Source: Vulcanimicrobiales bacterium
GTDB lineage: Bacteria; Vulcanimicrobiota; Vulcanimicrobiia; Vulcanimicrobiales; Vulcanimicrobiaceae
Assembly (NCBI GenBank): GCA_038231455.1
Contig: JBBRLI010000017.1
Location: forward strand, 1 to 64,000
Length of the DNA stretch: 64,000 nucleotides
Reading direction: 5' to 3'
This document shows positions 1-9,100 of the stretch, one piece after another; within the stretch, counting starts at the first letter, position 1, and each line of letters starts with the position of its first letter. The translations under genes and the position numbers were made by a program. Under the pieces are notes generated by a model. The model saw nothing but the letters and a program-made list of their open reading frames with translations. It had not been told where the DNA came from and did not search any database.

Positions 1-121
1 ACGCAATCGTCCACCCCCTGGCACGATGAATCCGAGAGCAAGCATACAAAATTCGACCAGAGCGGCGTAAGAATCGCCGCATGGCCGCGCTAACCGACAC
101 CGAGTGACGCGCATTGGGCGT

Positions 122-451
122 TAGATCAGAGTTGCCCTAAGGCGCTCGATCAGTGGGCGCATTGGAACAAGGTCGGACTCGACTTTTCACGTCCAGGAAA
201 GCCGACCGACAATGCATTTATCGAATCGTTCAACGGCCGAGTTCGACAAGAACTGCTTAACGCAAGTTGGTTCGAACGCTCGAGCAGGCTCGCGAAATGA
301 CGTTGGCGTGGCGGACCGAATACAACGAGCTTCGACCACACAGATCGCTCGGAAATACATCGCCAAAAGAGTTCGCCCGAGCGCACGCGACCAACACATC
401 ACAAGCCGGGAGTTTCTAGGCTACGCTTCACCAAGATCGGGTACACCGTCA
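122..451 (+). mobile_element. IS3-family transposase (OrfB integrase core) C-terminal remnant, frameshifted, with probable right end
   Basis: Manual translation from ~139 gives KALDQWAHWNKVGLDFSRPGKPTDNAFIESFNGRVRQELLNASWF. After a 1-nt frameshift near 275 it continues LEQAREMTLAWRTEYNELRPHRSLGNTSPKEF to TAG at ~419, which is a classic IS3 rve C-terminus. A CA at 450-451 fits an IS3 terminus. Confidence 0.85.
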
Positions 452-599
452 CAATCTCTTCGGTCATCCGGCAAAATCGACGCTTGCGAGTCTTTCACGC
501 ACAAGCACGCGCGTCTTCCGAACCGACATGTGCGGTGCGATCAAACTCGAGATCAAAACGAATGGGTTTTCGACGGCGCTGCGGTGTTCGGACCGATGA
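447..599 (+). pseudogene. comEC: comEC/Rec2 3'-terminal fragment (copy 1)
   Basis: Translates RHNLFGHPAKSTLASLSRTSTRVFRTDMCGAIKLE...*, the ComEC C-terminal N-x-FGHP...RTD..GAI motif. No start codon; it abuts the IS3 end. Confidence 0.75.
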
Positions 600-622
600 A
601 TCGCTGCACAGCTTTTTCAGAT

Positions 623-1006
623 TTAGAAACTCTCCCGCGATTCAGGATAGGTAAGATGGCCGGCTCTTGCGGCTTCAACAAACATCGCATATGGAGCATC
701 CACTAAACCGAGATAGACAACGATTTCGACCGTATAAAGCATGCCAGCGTCATTAACAGTCAATATCGTATCGACGAAAAATTCGGAACCGTCGGGGCCG
801 ACCGTGCGAGCAGCAGGGCCTGGCGCAAGGTAACGGATTGGCGAAGAGGGGCCGGCTAGAACGTTCACATCGCACCAGCCAGTAAGATTGTAGTCAGTTA
901 TTTGACAATGCGCGACTTGTTGTTCAATCTCTGGATATCCTTGCGCCACGATCCGTAGAAATGCGAGTTCGATTTCGGTAGGAGTATGAAATACGTTCGG
1001 CTCCAT
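623..1006 (-). CDS. hypothetical protein, possibly DUF6984/immunity-like
   Basis: 127-aa ATG ORF, visibly more AT-rich than the rest of the window. The C-terminal DTILTVNDAGMLYTVEI loosely resembles DUF6984-type proteins. Confidence 0.55.
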   Translation of the reverse strand: MEPNVFHTPTEIELAFLRIVAQGYPEIEQQVAHCQITDYNLTGWCDVNVLAGPSSPIRYLAPGPAARTVGPDGSEFFVDTILTVNDAGMLYTVEIVVYLGLVDAPYAMFVEAARAGHLTYPESRESF

Positions 1007-1226
1007 ATGACACTCAGCTTCGCTTAGCGCTAGACCCCGATATGCTTCACAGTGACTCGTAGCGTTTAAGAATTCGCAGATAGCGAGTCTATTGCTGCAC
1101 GGTGTGACGCGCGGTCAAGGGCACGAGTTTATAGAGCACAGCCCGGGAACTCGAGAAAAGCGGGTAGCGACTCGCGACCTGTTTTCCCTTAGAAATCAAA
1201 GTGCCGGTAGTGTGCATCGATTCCCT

Positions 1227-1560
1227 AGCGATCATGCTGGTGGTTTGGCGCCAATTCTACGGAGCCTATCCGTCGGCCTGATTCTTGATAGCGGGCAAGT
1301 GTACGGTGGCCGCGCATACCATGACGGAAAGTAAACTCGTCGCTCGACATGCCGACATCGAGGCGAAAATTCTGAAAGTCGGATATCACGGTTCCGCATA
1401 TGCCTCGAGCCCGGCATTCTTAAGCGCCGTGGAGCCGAAATTCGCTCTCATCAGCGTCGGACGTCACAATCTCTTCGGTCATCCCGCACAGACGACGCTT
1501 GCAACTCTTTCGCACGCAAACGCTCGCGTTTTCCGAACCGAGTTTTACGGTGCAATTCTA
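1227..1560 (+). pseudogene. comEC: comEC/Rec2 metallo-beta-lactamase-domain fragment (copy 2), internally deleted and frameshifted
   Basis: SDHAGGLAPILRSLSVGLILDSGQVY in one frame, then ILKVGYHGSAYASSPAFLSAVEPKFALISVGRHNLFGHPA...VFRTEFYGAI in another. The HHGS motif has decayed to YHGS. Confidence 0.8.
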
Positions 1561-1776
1561 CAATCTTACCACAGTAGAAACTGTTACCAAAATCTTGTTC
1601 TATTTAACAATGCCTGTCGTATCGCAGACAACTCAATTCCAATTTTTTCCGCGTCATCATTTCTCGTTCAAGGCGTGAAGAAGCGTGCACCTCTCGCATC
1701 CGTACGGGCGTTAACGGCCAACACATTGCTTACACCGCGCTGGGCAGCATACACGCTCTTTCCGCGCATATCGACG

Positions 1777-2367
1777 CTATGGACGATGACGCTCGACGAA
1801 GTGCTCTGCCGGAATGACAATGTGCTGCTGCACGTACGTGGATACACCGTGACCGGCGAGTGCGTACGCGGTAAAGAGCGGGACCGTCACGAGGCACATG
1901 GTATAGACTTGCCGCCACAGCGGAACGCGCAACGACGCTGCGATCTGCGTCGCGGCCGTGTTTCCAACGCCCGGAACGACGCGAAGAATGATCAAAAAGA
2001 GCGGCGAGCCGACGCGGTAACGTCGCACCCAGGACGGAAAACGTTCGATTTCCGCGTCGATTTTCAGCAGCTTCGACGTGCGCCGCGCGAGTAGGTAACC
2101 GAGCACAGCCCCGAGCGCAAGGCCGGCCGCGTTCACGAGTGCGCCGACGAGCGGGCCGAAGATTACTCCATATGAAATCCCGAGCCCATCGAGCACCGTG
2201 AACGGAGCCGCCGCAAGCAATCCAAAGACGACGATTGCAATTGGGATCGCAAACCAACCCGACGCGACGAGCAGATGATCGATGCCACGCTTGTTGGCCA
2301 CGACGACCGCAGCCAGACCAACCGAGACGAGAAAGAGCGCGACGCCCGTCAGACGCGATAAACTCAC
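1777..2367 (-). CDS. VTT/DedA (TVP38/TMEM64, SNARE-associated) membrane protein
   Basis: Hydrophobic helices, G..FGP..G....G..LGA...Y.LAR and LRVVPG motifs. Confidence 0.8.
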   Translation of the reverse strand: MSLSRLTGVALFLVSVGLAAVVVANKRGIDHLLVASGWFAIPIAIVVFGLLAAAPFTVLDGLGISYGVIFGPLVGALVNAAGLALGAVLGYLLARRTSKLLKIDAEIERFPSWVRRYRVGSPLFLIILRVVPGVGNTAATQIAASLRVPLWRQVYTMCLVTVPLFTAYALAGHGVSTYVQQHIVIPAEHFVERHRP

Positions 2368-2454
2368 CTGGCGCCATTGGTTACGGTTCGCACCACAACC
2401 TCGCCGTGCTCGCGCCCTCCGCTGCGCCGATTAGGTTCCGCGATCGGATGCTCC

Positions 2455-2549
2455 GGAACGGAAACGGCGCAATAATCCATCCCCTCCGCCCAGTTCTCCA
2501 GCGTGGCTCCGAACGAAAATGGCTTGCCGGCGATCGGTACGTTTTTCAT
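2455..2549 (-). pseudogene. truncated N-terminus of a DUF1905-like protein
   Basis: MKNVPIAGKPFSFGATLENWAEGMDYCAVSVP resembles a DUF1905 N-terminus (F.A.L....G.....VP); similarity is lost after it. Confidence 0.4.
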
Positions 2550-2611
2550 AGATGTTGCTTGTCGAAAATTCATTCGGCAAGCCCGCCTGGGAGCCCGTCG
2601 GCCAGGCGAGA

Positions 2612-2947
2612 TTACATCTCCATAAACGGAACGATCTCGACGCTGCCGGTAGCAGCGACCGGAATCATCTTTGCTGCTTCAACTGCCGCATCAATTGTGG
2701 GATAGTCGAGCACGTAGTAGCCGATCAAAGACTGCGCGCGCGACACCGGCGGCCCCGTCTTGATGCCGTCCGGACCGACGGTGCGAACGTGATCCGGCAT
2801 CGGAACCAGCGGCATCCCGTCGGTCAAATGGCCGTTGCTACGGGCGGCCTGCGTGAAGGTTTCGTAGGCCGCACCAAGCTTCGCGCGGCCGACATCATCG
2901 GTCGGCATGAGCGCGAGGTCCTGGTACAGTAAAACCATGAATTTCAT
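2612..2947 (-). CDS. YciI/DGPF-family protein
   Basis: MKFMVLLY start, degenerate TGPP (for DGPF), LIGYYVL, A...A..IP....GSVEI.P. Confidence 0.85.
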   Translation of the reverse strand: MKFMVLLYQDLALMPTDDVGRAKLGAAYETFTQAARSNGHLTDGMPLVPMPDHVRTVGPDGIKTGPPVSRAQSLIGYYVLDYPTIDAAVEAAKMIPVAATGSVEIVPFMEM

Positions 2948-3098
2948 TTGTGTCCCCTTACGGTCGAGGGCTTCGGCGGTTCGCTGCCGCCGCTGCTCGA
3001 AAGACGAATAGCGACGCGGAAAATCGACACCGCGCGCATGTCGATTTCTCGTACAATCGTTCGTTGTAAAGGGAACCCACGCGCCAAACGAGGAGCGA

Positions 3099-3437
3099 TT
3101 GAGTGTGAAATACGTTTGTTTGATCTATCTCCCGGAGGACGCTCCCGCGGGTACACCCGAGGTCTTCCACCAGTACGAGCGACTGAACGAAGACGCGGCG
3201 TCCCAAGGCGTCTTACAAAGTGGCGGCGAGCTCGCCGGCACGGGTTCAGCTACGTCACTCCGCGTTCGCGAGGGCAAGCGCGTGATCACGGATGGGCCGT
3301 TTGCAGAAACGAAGGAAATCTTGACCGGTTTCTACGTCTTTGCGTGCGCCTCGTTAGATGAGGCGCTGGAGTGGGCGGAACGGATTCCCGCGGTCGCGCA
3401 CGGCACGATCGAAATCCGACCGCTCATCGAGCGCTGA
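3099..3437 (+). CDS. YciI/DGPF-family protein
   Basis: ITDGPFAETKEILTGFY and A..WA.RIP....GTIEIRP. The real start may be the GTG at 3105. Confidence 0.92.
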   Translation: MSVKYVCLIYLPEDAPAGTPEVFHQYERLNEDAASQGVLQSGGELAGTGSATSLRVREGKRVITDGPFAETKEILTGFYVFACASLDEALEWAERIPAVAHGTIEIRPLIER

Positions 3438-4668
3438 AATAGACGTCGAGGATCTCGACCGTCTCTTTCGTTCAGAATCGACCCGCGCGGTGGCATGCCT
3501 TGCACGCGCATTTAACGATCTGGATCGCGCAGAGGACGCCGTTCAGGATGCGTACCTCGTCGCACTGCAACGCTGGCCGGTCGACGGGCTCCCGCCCAAC
3601 CCGTCGGCTTGGATCCTCAAAACGGCCCGCAATGGGGCTATCGACAAACTGCGCCGTGAGAAAACCGGTGCTGCGAAGTCGCTGTCTTTAGCTACATTTG
3701 ACATTTCGGTTCACGACGAAATTCCGCACGGCGCAAAAGAGATCGATGAGCGCCTCGGTATGATTTTTGCCGCCTGTCATCCGGCGCTCAGCGACGAGAC
3801 ACGTGTCGCGCTCACGCTGCGGTTCGCTGCGGGCTTGAGTGTTGCGGAGATCGCAAGTGCGCTCTTGGCCACGCCGGCCACAATCGCGCAGCGGCTGGTA
3901 CGCGCCAAACGCAAGATCCGCGAGGCCCGAATCACCTTCGACGCCCCCGCCGACGCTGCACTGCCCGAGCGTTTGCACGACGTGCTCCGCATCGTTTATC
4001 TGATATTCAGCGAAGGATACGCATCGGCTACCAACGCTGCTCGCATTCGTCCGTTGCTCTGCGATGAGGCGCTACGGCTCGTCGTCCTCTTGGGAGAGCT
4101 GCTCCCCGGCGAACCGGAAATCGGCGGGCTTCACGCGCTTATTCTTTTTCACGATGCCCGTCGTGTCACGCGGACGGACGAACGTGGCGACCTCGTGCTC
4201 CTCGAAGAACAAGATCGCTCGAAGTGGGACACGCGCAAAATCGTCGACGCACTCACGCTCTTGGAACGTGCAGCTCGTCAGCACACTTCCGGCACCTACC
4301 AGATCCAAGCCGCCATCGCTGGCGAGCACGCCCGCGCGGCGACGTGGGCAGAGACGAACTGGTACCGCATCCGCGAGTTCTACGAGCACTTACTCGCCGT
4401 CGATCCATCGCCGGTCGTAGAACTCAACCGAGCCGTCGCGATTGCGTATACTGATGGTAACGCCTCAGCGCTCGCGGCGGTCGACGACCTCGTAGTTGAG
4501 GGTACGCTCGATGACTATGCGCCTTTGCACTCTGCACGAGCGGAACTTCTCCGGCGACTTCACCGTGACACCGAAGCGCATGTGGAATTGCATCGCGCGC
4601 TCGACCTCACACAGAGCGAATCGGACCGGCGCTTTTTGCAGAAGCGAATTAGCCAGCTCGACTTCTAG
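3358..4668 (+). CDS. ECF42-type RNA polymerase sigma factor with DUF6596/TPR C-terminal extension
   Basis: AEDAVQDA, WP.DG.P.NP.AW, IF..CHPAL, AQRLVRAK.KI, YLIF.EGY, QDRS.WD, YQIQAAIA, LNRAVA; lies next to DGPF genes. Start uncertain. Confidence 0.9.
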   Translation: MRRWSGRNGFPRSRTARSKSDRSSSAEIDVEDLDRLFRSESTRAVACLARAFNDLDRAEDAVQDAYLVALQRWPVDGLPPNPSAWILKTARNGAIDKLRREKTGAAKSLSLATFDISVHDEIPHGAKEIDERLGMIFAACHPALSDETRVALTLRFAAGLSVAEIASALLATPATIAQRLVRAKRKIREARITFDAPADAALPERLHDVLRIVYLIFSEGYASATNAARIRPLLCDEALRLVVLLGELLPGEPEIGGLHALILFHDARRVTRTDERGDLVLLEEQDRSKWDTRKIVDALTLLERAARQHTSGTYQIQAAIAGEHARAATWAETNWYRIREFYEHLLAVDPSPVVELNRAVAIAYTDGNASALAAVDDLVVEGTLDDYAPLHSARAELLRRLHRDTEAHVELHRALDLTQSESDRRFLQKRISQLDF

Positions 4669-4784
4669 CGGCCCGGCGAAAGCTTGGCTTTATTCTGCTT
4701 CGGCTATTCGTCGCTCCGTACAATTGCGATATTGCGCTATTGCGATCCATAGACACGGCAAACCAAGGGTGGCATGATCGGGGC

Positions 4785-5234
4785 ATGCACACTGTTTATG
4801 AGGCGGCTGGTGGTTTCGAAGGACTACGCCGTCTGGCTAGCGCCTGGCACAGGCGCGTGATGGCCGATGAGGTGGTAAGCCATGCCTTTCGTCACGGTTT
4901 CCACCCCGAGCACACGGAGCGACTCGCGGCCTATTGGGCAGAGGCGCTAGGGGGACCCACGAGATACTCCGCTCTGTATGGTGACGAGACTACCGTTGTA
5001 AAAATGCATAGCGGTAACGGTCCGCACGAGGAGATGGACCGGCGTTCCATAGCGTGCTTTGACCAGGCCTTGGTTGATGTCGGCTTGGCCGAATCCGATC
5101 CGCTGCGATTCGTTCTGCACGAGTATTTCGCGTGGGCGACAACGATCACGATGTCCCGCTTCCATCATTCTGCAGATGATGTGCCTGAGGGTCTCAGCAT
5201 TCCGCGCTGGTCCTGGAGCGGACTCGAAACGTGA
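4785..5234 (+). CDS. group II truncated hemoglobin (globin)
   Basis: TVYEAAGG, H.ERLA.YWAEALGGP..YS and helical globin pattern. Confidence 0.85.
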   Translation: MHTVYEAAGGFEGLRRLASAWHRRVMADEVVSHAFRHGFHPEHTERLAAYWAEALGGPTRYSALYGDETTVVKMHSGNGPHEEMDRRSIACFDQALVDVGLAESDPLRFVLHEYFAWATTITMSRFHHSADDVPEGLSIPRWSWSGLET

Positions 5235-5590
5235 AATTGCTCCGACGTGGGTTGCACGGTAGGCCCTCGAAAAAGAATCGCGAGGAGGCTCGCGACCGCG
5301 CCCGGGCGACGCATCGCCTTGAGGCATTTTCAGACATCGTGATCGGCTTTAGCCTTGCAGAAATCGGACTGAGTCTGGTCTTGCCCGCACACGCGATCGA
5401 TTTCATTGCCCAACCAACCGCAATTTTTGCGTTCGTCGTGACATTTATTGTCGTAGTCCGCTTTTGGTGGGTCCACGACATGATTTTCGAACACCACTTT
5501 GTGCCGAATCGGGCGATGACTGCCTGCAATTTTGTCGCGCTTGCAAGTCTGATATTACAAGTATTCTGCCTGCAACTTTACCTTTCGTGA
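5231..5590 (+). pseudogene. TMEM175/DUF1211 family membrane protein, C-terminally truncated
   Basis: HRLEAFSDIVIGF and FWW.H motifs; only about 3 TM helices before the stop, where roughly 6 are expected. Confidence 0.6.
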
Positions 5591-5683
5591 TGCGTTTGTC
5601 TGGTGCCGACGATGTCGCACGAACGATGACCTCATGAGGTCGAGGAGCAGGAGATTGTCGGTTGGCCGGGTGTTCTTAACAAC

Positions 5684-6025
5684 ATGAAAAAGCTTCTGTT
5701 TCTCGCTTTGACCGGCGTGCTGTTTGCTAGCTCTTCTATTCAACCCGCATTCGCCGCGCAGCTTGCGGTCGAAAACCAAACGGCGATGCCCGCGCTCCTA
5801 ACGGTCACTTACCATACGAGCTTGTGTCGTGACGACCGCGGCATCCACGTCGCCCCGCATCAACTCGTCCAGCTAAAGCCCGGCCTGTGTACGGTAAAAA
5901 CGGTGTACGCGAGCGTCACGACGCGGCCAGGGTTCGCAATCGCATGTCTGCCGAAAAAGCGAACCGGTGGGTCGAAATACGTCGTCACGATCGATGCCGA
6001 TCTCAAGACCTGTTACGTAAACTAG
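5684..6025 (+). CDS. exported 4-Cys hypothetical protein
   Basis: Sec signal peptide (MKKLLFLAL...AFA); shares a motif pattern with the N-terminal domain of the 7857-8879 protein. Confidence 0.8.
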   Translation: MKKLLFLALTGVLFASSSIQPAFAAQLAVENQTAMPALLTVTYHTSLCRDDRGIHVAPHQLVQLKPGLCTVKTVYASVTTRPGFAIACLPKKRTGGSKYVVTIDADLKTCYVN

Positions 6026-6052
6026 CACCCTACCCCATCGACAAAAAGACGG

Positions 6053-6076
6053 AAGCCGGCGTTCCAGCGCCGGCTC
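6053..6076 (+). terminator. GC-rich hairpin after the 5684 gene
   Basis: AGCCGGCG-ttccag-CGCCGGCT with a weak U tract. Confidence 0.4.
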
Positions 6077-6083
6077 TTCGCAT

Positions 6084-7682
6084 GTGACGCGCTTGGAGAT
6101 CGTCATGACCGGTCCCCGCTTTGTCTTCCTACCGCTCGTGATCGCGCTGCTCTTCGGCTTCGCGCCTTCCGCTCGCGCCTCACAAGACGTCGAATTGCTG
6201 CGTGCGAGTCCCGCGATGGCCTCCGACGGCAGCGTTCGCATCGCTTTGGACTTCGACGGTACCCCGCCCGATGCGCGCATTTACCGATCGAACGAGAACT
6301 TGGTCCACGTCGTGTTTGTGGGTTCGAAGTTCCGGAAGCGTCCGGAACTTGCCGATCTCCACCTCGGAGAAATCGTGCGAGGCCGATTTACGACGTTCGC
6401 CGGTATCGGCATGCGTCTCGATCTTGCGCTACGCGACGACGTGCGAATCCGCGCCGAGGTCGTCGGGAAAACCGCGATCGTTCATATCCCAGCGAAACGG
6501 AGCGATCGGGAAGCCGCGATCGTGCAGACGGCGCCACTGCCGGAATCGGCTCCGCCGACGCTTTCCGTTGCATCGCCCACCGCGCCGCCGTTCGACGGTA
6601 TTTCTACGGCAGTCATAACGCTTTCTTACGCAGACGTGAGCGAAGTTGCCGGGGCGCTCGTCAAAGGGGCGGTCGTGCCTTCGAACGACGTGTTTACTGC
6701 AACGTCGCCGTTTGCCGCACTCGCGATTCCGACGAATCCGAATGAGGCAAAGCCGCCGGCCTACGTGTCCATCCCCGCCGCAACGCTTTTGCCCAAAGAT
6801 ACGCCGCAGGGCGTACGCTTCGACGATCACGTCGCCGTGGACCGCCGGTTGAACGCGGTGATCGTGACCGGATCGATAGCACAAATCACGGCGTACCGAG
6901 CGATCATCGCGGCGCTCGATGTGCCCCAGCGCAGCGTCTTGCTGGAAACCGAGATCGTCGAGTTGACGACGACTGCGGCGCACGATATCGGGATCGACTA
7001 CGCACCCGGCGGCACCTCGTTTGCGACGGCGACCTTCGGCAGCTCGAGCCAAAACTTTCCGAAGGCCGGACTATCGATCGCCGCGACGATCTCCGCGTTG
7101 CAAGAAATAGGACAAGCAAAGATTCTCGCACGTCCGCGCATCATCACCGTGAACAACCGGCCGGCTGCGATTTTGAGCGGCGAAGCGGTGCCGATCTTTA
7201 ATTCCGTCATCATCCCGGGCGGCGGCAGTACCGTTGTGAACAATCAAGTGCAATACATCAACGTCGGTGTGAGTCTGCAAATTCTTCCGCGTATCTCTGC
7301 AAACGGCCGAGTGACCGCGCAAATCTTTTGCGAGGTCTCGAGCATCATCGACTACGTCGGGACGACGCCGCGCATTGCCGTCCGCCAAGAACTGACGTCG
7401 GCCGTTCTCGACGACACCGAATCACTGATCGTCGGGGGTCTGTTGCAAGAGACGGAAATTCGCAACATGCGGAAAGTTCCGAGTCTCGGCAATCTGCCGC
7501 TCATCGGTCAATTCTTTCGCGTGAGCAGTGCCAGCAAGCAGAATACGAATCTCTACATCGTCATCACCCCGCACATCCTCAATGAAGGACGCAAGGCATC
7601 GACGTTGACGATGCCGGCCGCTCCACCAAGTCTGCCGACGGCGCCGACGAGTCCACCGGCGGGAACTGCTCCCGGGTTGTAG
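6084..7682 (+). CDS. secretin (GspD/PilQ-like) with AMIN-like N-terminal region
   Basis: D.RLNAVIVTG (N3), LD.PQ..VLLE..IVE, AKILARP.I....N..A.I..GE..P, NVGV.L.I.P.I, KVP.LG.LPLIG.FF, NLYIVITPHI. Start may be the ATG at 6105. Confidence 0.92.
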   Translation: MTRLEIVMTGPRFVFLPLVIALLFGFAPSARASQDVELLRASPAMASDGSVRIALDFDGTPPDARIYRSNENLVHVVFVGSKFRKRPELADLHLGEIVRGRFTTFAGIGMRLDLALRDDVRIRAEVVGKTAIVHIPAKRSDREAAIVQTAPLPESAPPTLSVASPTAPPFDGISTAVITLSYADVSEVAGALVKGAVVPSNDVFTATSPFAALAIPTNPNEAKPPAYVSIPAATLLPKDTPQGVRFDDHVAVDRRLNAVIVTGSIAQITAYRAIIAALDVPQRSVLLETEIVELTTTAAHDIGIDYAPGGTSFATATFGSSSQNFPKAGLSIAATISALQEIGQAKILARPRIITVNNRPAAILSGEAVPIFNSVIIPGGGSTVVNNQVQYINVGVSLQILPRISANGRVTAQIFCEVSSIIDYVGTTPRIAVRQELTSAVLDDTESLIVGGLLQETEIRNMRKVPSLGNLPLIGQFFRVSSASKQNTNLYIVITPHILNEGRKASTLTMPAAPPSLPTAPTSPPAGTAPGL

Positions 7683-7856
7683 TCGCTTCGCCCGTCGTTT
7701 GAACTCTGTGGCGCTAGCTTGCACGCTCTTTTAAGCGGAAAACACTTTCTCGAAGTGGAACAACGGTTGTTACCACGATCGCGTCGTCCTTAGAATGCGT
7801 TATTTTTGGCGTCGCTATCAGCGGATCACCTTCACGCATTCACTTTGGAGGACCAC

Positions 7857-8879
7857 TTGTTTCGATTACGTTCGATGAAACGTTTTATCGCAAGTCTTTT
7901 GCTCGTTACGGTGCCGATTATTGGCTATTCTGCACCTGCCTCGGCGTATGGCCGTGCAACGATGTTCAACCGCACGAATTATGCAGTCCACGGCACGATT
8001 CACTACGCTAGCTGCCGCGCCGATAATTTCAGCATCGCGGCCGGACCGGTCGGTAAGAACAGCGTCATCACCGAAACGCACTCCACGATTAGCGCCTATC
8101 GCGGCGCTTGTCTCATCACACGTATCACCGCAACCGTAAACGGGAAAGCGGCGACCGCATACACATCGTCCGGAACGGGCTACGAGCGATTCATCGTTGC
8201 CGCGTCAAACAGCGGTTACAAAGTCGATTCGCTTGCAAACATGCAAAAAGAAGTAGCTGATGCTACCGGCGGTCCCGGTTTTAGAATCATCAACAACACG
8301 AACTATCCCGTCGAAGTCAGCCTCGATCAAGTGGCGTGCTTGTATTACGGTGTCGTATCGCCGGGTCAAGCCTTCGATCGCAACACGGGTGCCGTGTGGT
8401 TTACGGTCACCGCGCAACAGCAAATGGATACCGTCGAACACAAGACGCTCTCAACGTGCGTGCTGCCCGTCGCAATAATCGTCGGGACCATCGTCATCGG
8501 GGCGTTGACGGCAGGCGTCGGTGCTGCGATGGCTGCACCCGCCGCTGGAACGGCCGCAGCCGCATTAGCACCAATCGTCACATCGACGACGGTCACCGTG
8601 ACCGCTGCGACGCTTACCGGCGCTGCCGGCGCCAGCGGCGCCTCAACGCTCGCAGCGTCCGCGATCGGCGCAGCCATGAAACCGAACGGACAGGGAGAGC
8701 TCAAAGGTCAGTACGCGGGACCTCCGTGGCCTTTCCGTTGTTCCGTCAAGCCGACGTACACGATTACCGGCGGTTGGGGCAAGACCACGACGGATAAAGA
8801 TGGCAACGTCGTTATTCCGCTCGGTACCCCAATCCAAATCACGAAAACCAATACATGCGGAAATAGCATGATGAACTAG
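7857..8879 (+). CDS. exported two-domain protein with a long Ala/Gly/Thr-rich hydrophobic segment
   Basis: GGAGG RBS before TTG 7857 (alternative ATG 7875); signal peptide; internal N-x-T-N-Y-x-V repeat; hydrophobic VLPVAIIVGTIVIGALTAGVGAAMAA segment. Confidence 0.8.
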   Translation: MFRLRSMKRFIASLLLVTVPIIGYSAPASAYGRATMFNRTNYAVHGTIHYASCRADNFSIAAGPVGKNSVITETHSTISAYRGACLITRITATVNGKAATAYTSSGTGYERFIVAASNSGYKVDSLANMQKEVADATGGPGFRIINNTNYPVEVSLDQVACLYYGVVSPGQAFDRNTGAVWFTVTAQQQMDTVEHKTLSTCVLPVAIIVGTIVIGALTAGVGAAMAAPAAGTAAAALAPIVTSTTVTVTAATLTGAAGASGASTLAASAIGAAMKPNGQGELKGQYAGPPWPFRCSVKPTYTITGGWGKTTTDKDGNVVIPLGTPIQITKTNTCGNSMMN

Positions 8880-8907
8880 ACTTCGCGCCGTTCGGATTCT
8901 TCCGACG

Positions 8908-8940
8908 AATAGCCGGCCATCGCGGCCGGCTATTTTCTTT
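8908..8940 (+). terminator. intrinsic terminator
   Basis: AATAGCCGGCC-atcgc-GGCCGGCTATT followed by TTCTTT, about 28 nt after the stop codon. Confidence 0.85.
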
Positions 8941-9100
8941 GCTAACCTTTCGGTTTTGTTGACGCCAGCTACATCAGCTAGCGAGCCCGCGCGGGCTCAG
9001 CTCCGCAGAAGTTAAGCGTTGCTAAATAGGCTAGCGAAATACAGCGAGGTGACATCCCTGGGCAATTCGGACCGCCGCGAAATACCTTGAGTTGCCAACC

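Larger units (their letters stand above)
447..1484 (+). repeat. direct repeat: 23-bp identical core CGTCACAATCTCTTCGGTCATCC at 447-469 and 1462-1484, continuing as ~90 bp of diverged similarity
   Basis: Read directly from the sequence; both copies encode the comEC RHNLFGHP segment. Confidence 0.9.

Noticed and set aside
1285-2094. 269-aa ORF as an intact gene
   Set aside because: Only the first ~90 aa are ComEC-like; the rest runs through intergenic DNA and antisense to the VTT gene.
5588-5590. Selenocysteine read-through of the TMEM175 TGA
   Set aside because: Not a redox Cys position, downstream sequence is not TMEM175-like, another stop follows soon, and no SECIS-like hairpin is apparent.
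8983-8998. Perfect 16-bp palindrome GAGCCCGCGCGGGCTC as an ncRNA or att site
   Set aside because: Single GC-rich copy between convergent genes with no recombinase nearby; at most a terminator-like hairpin.
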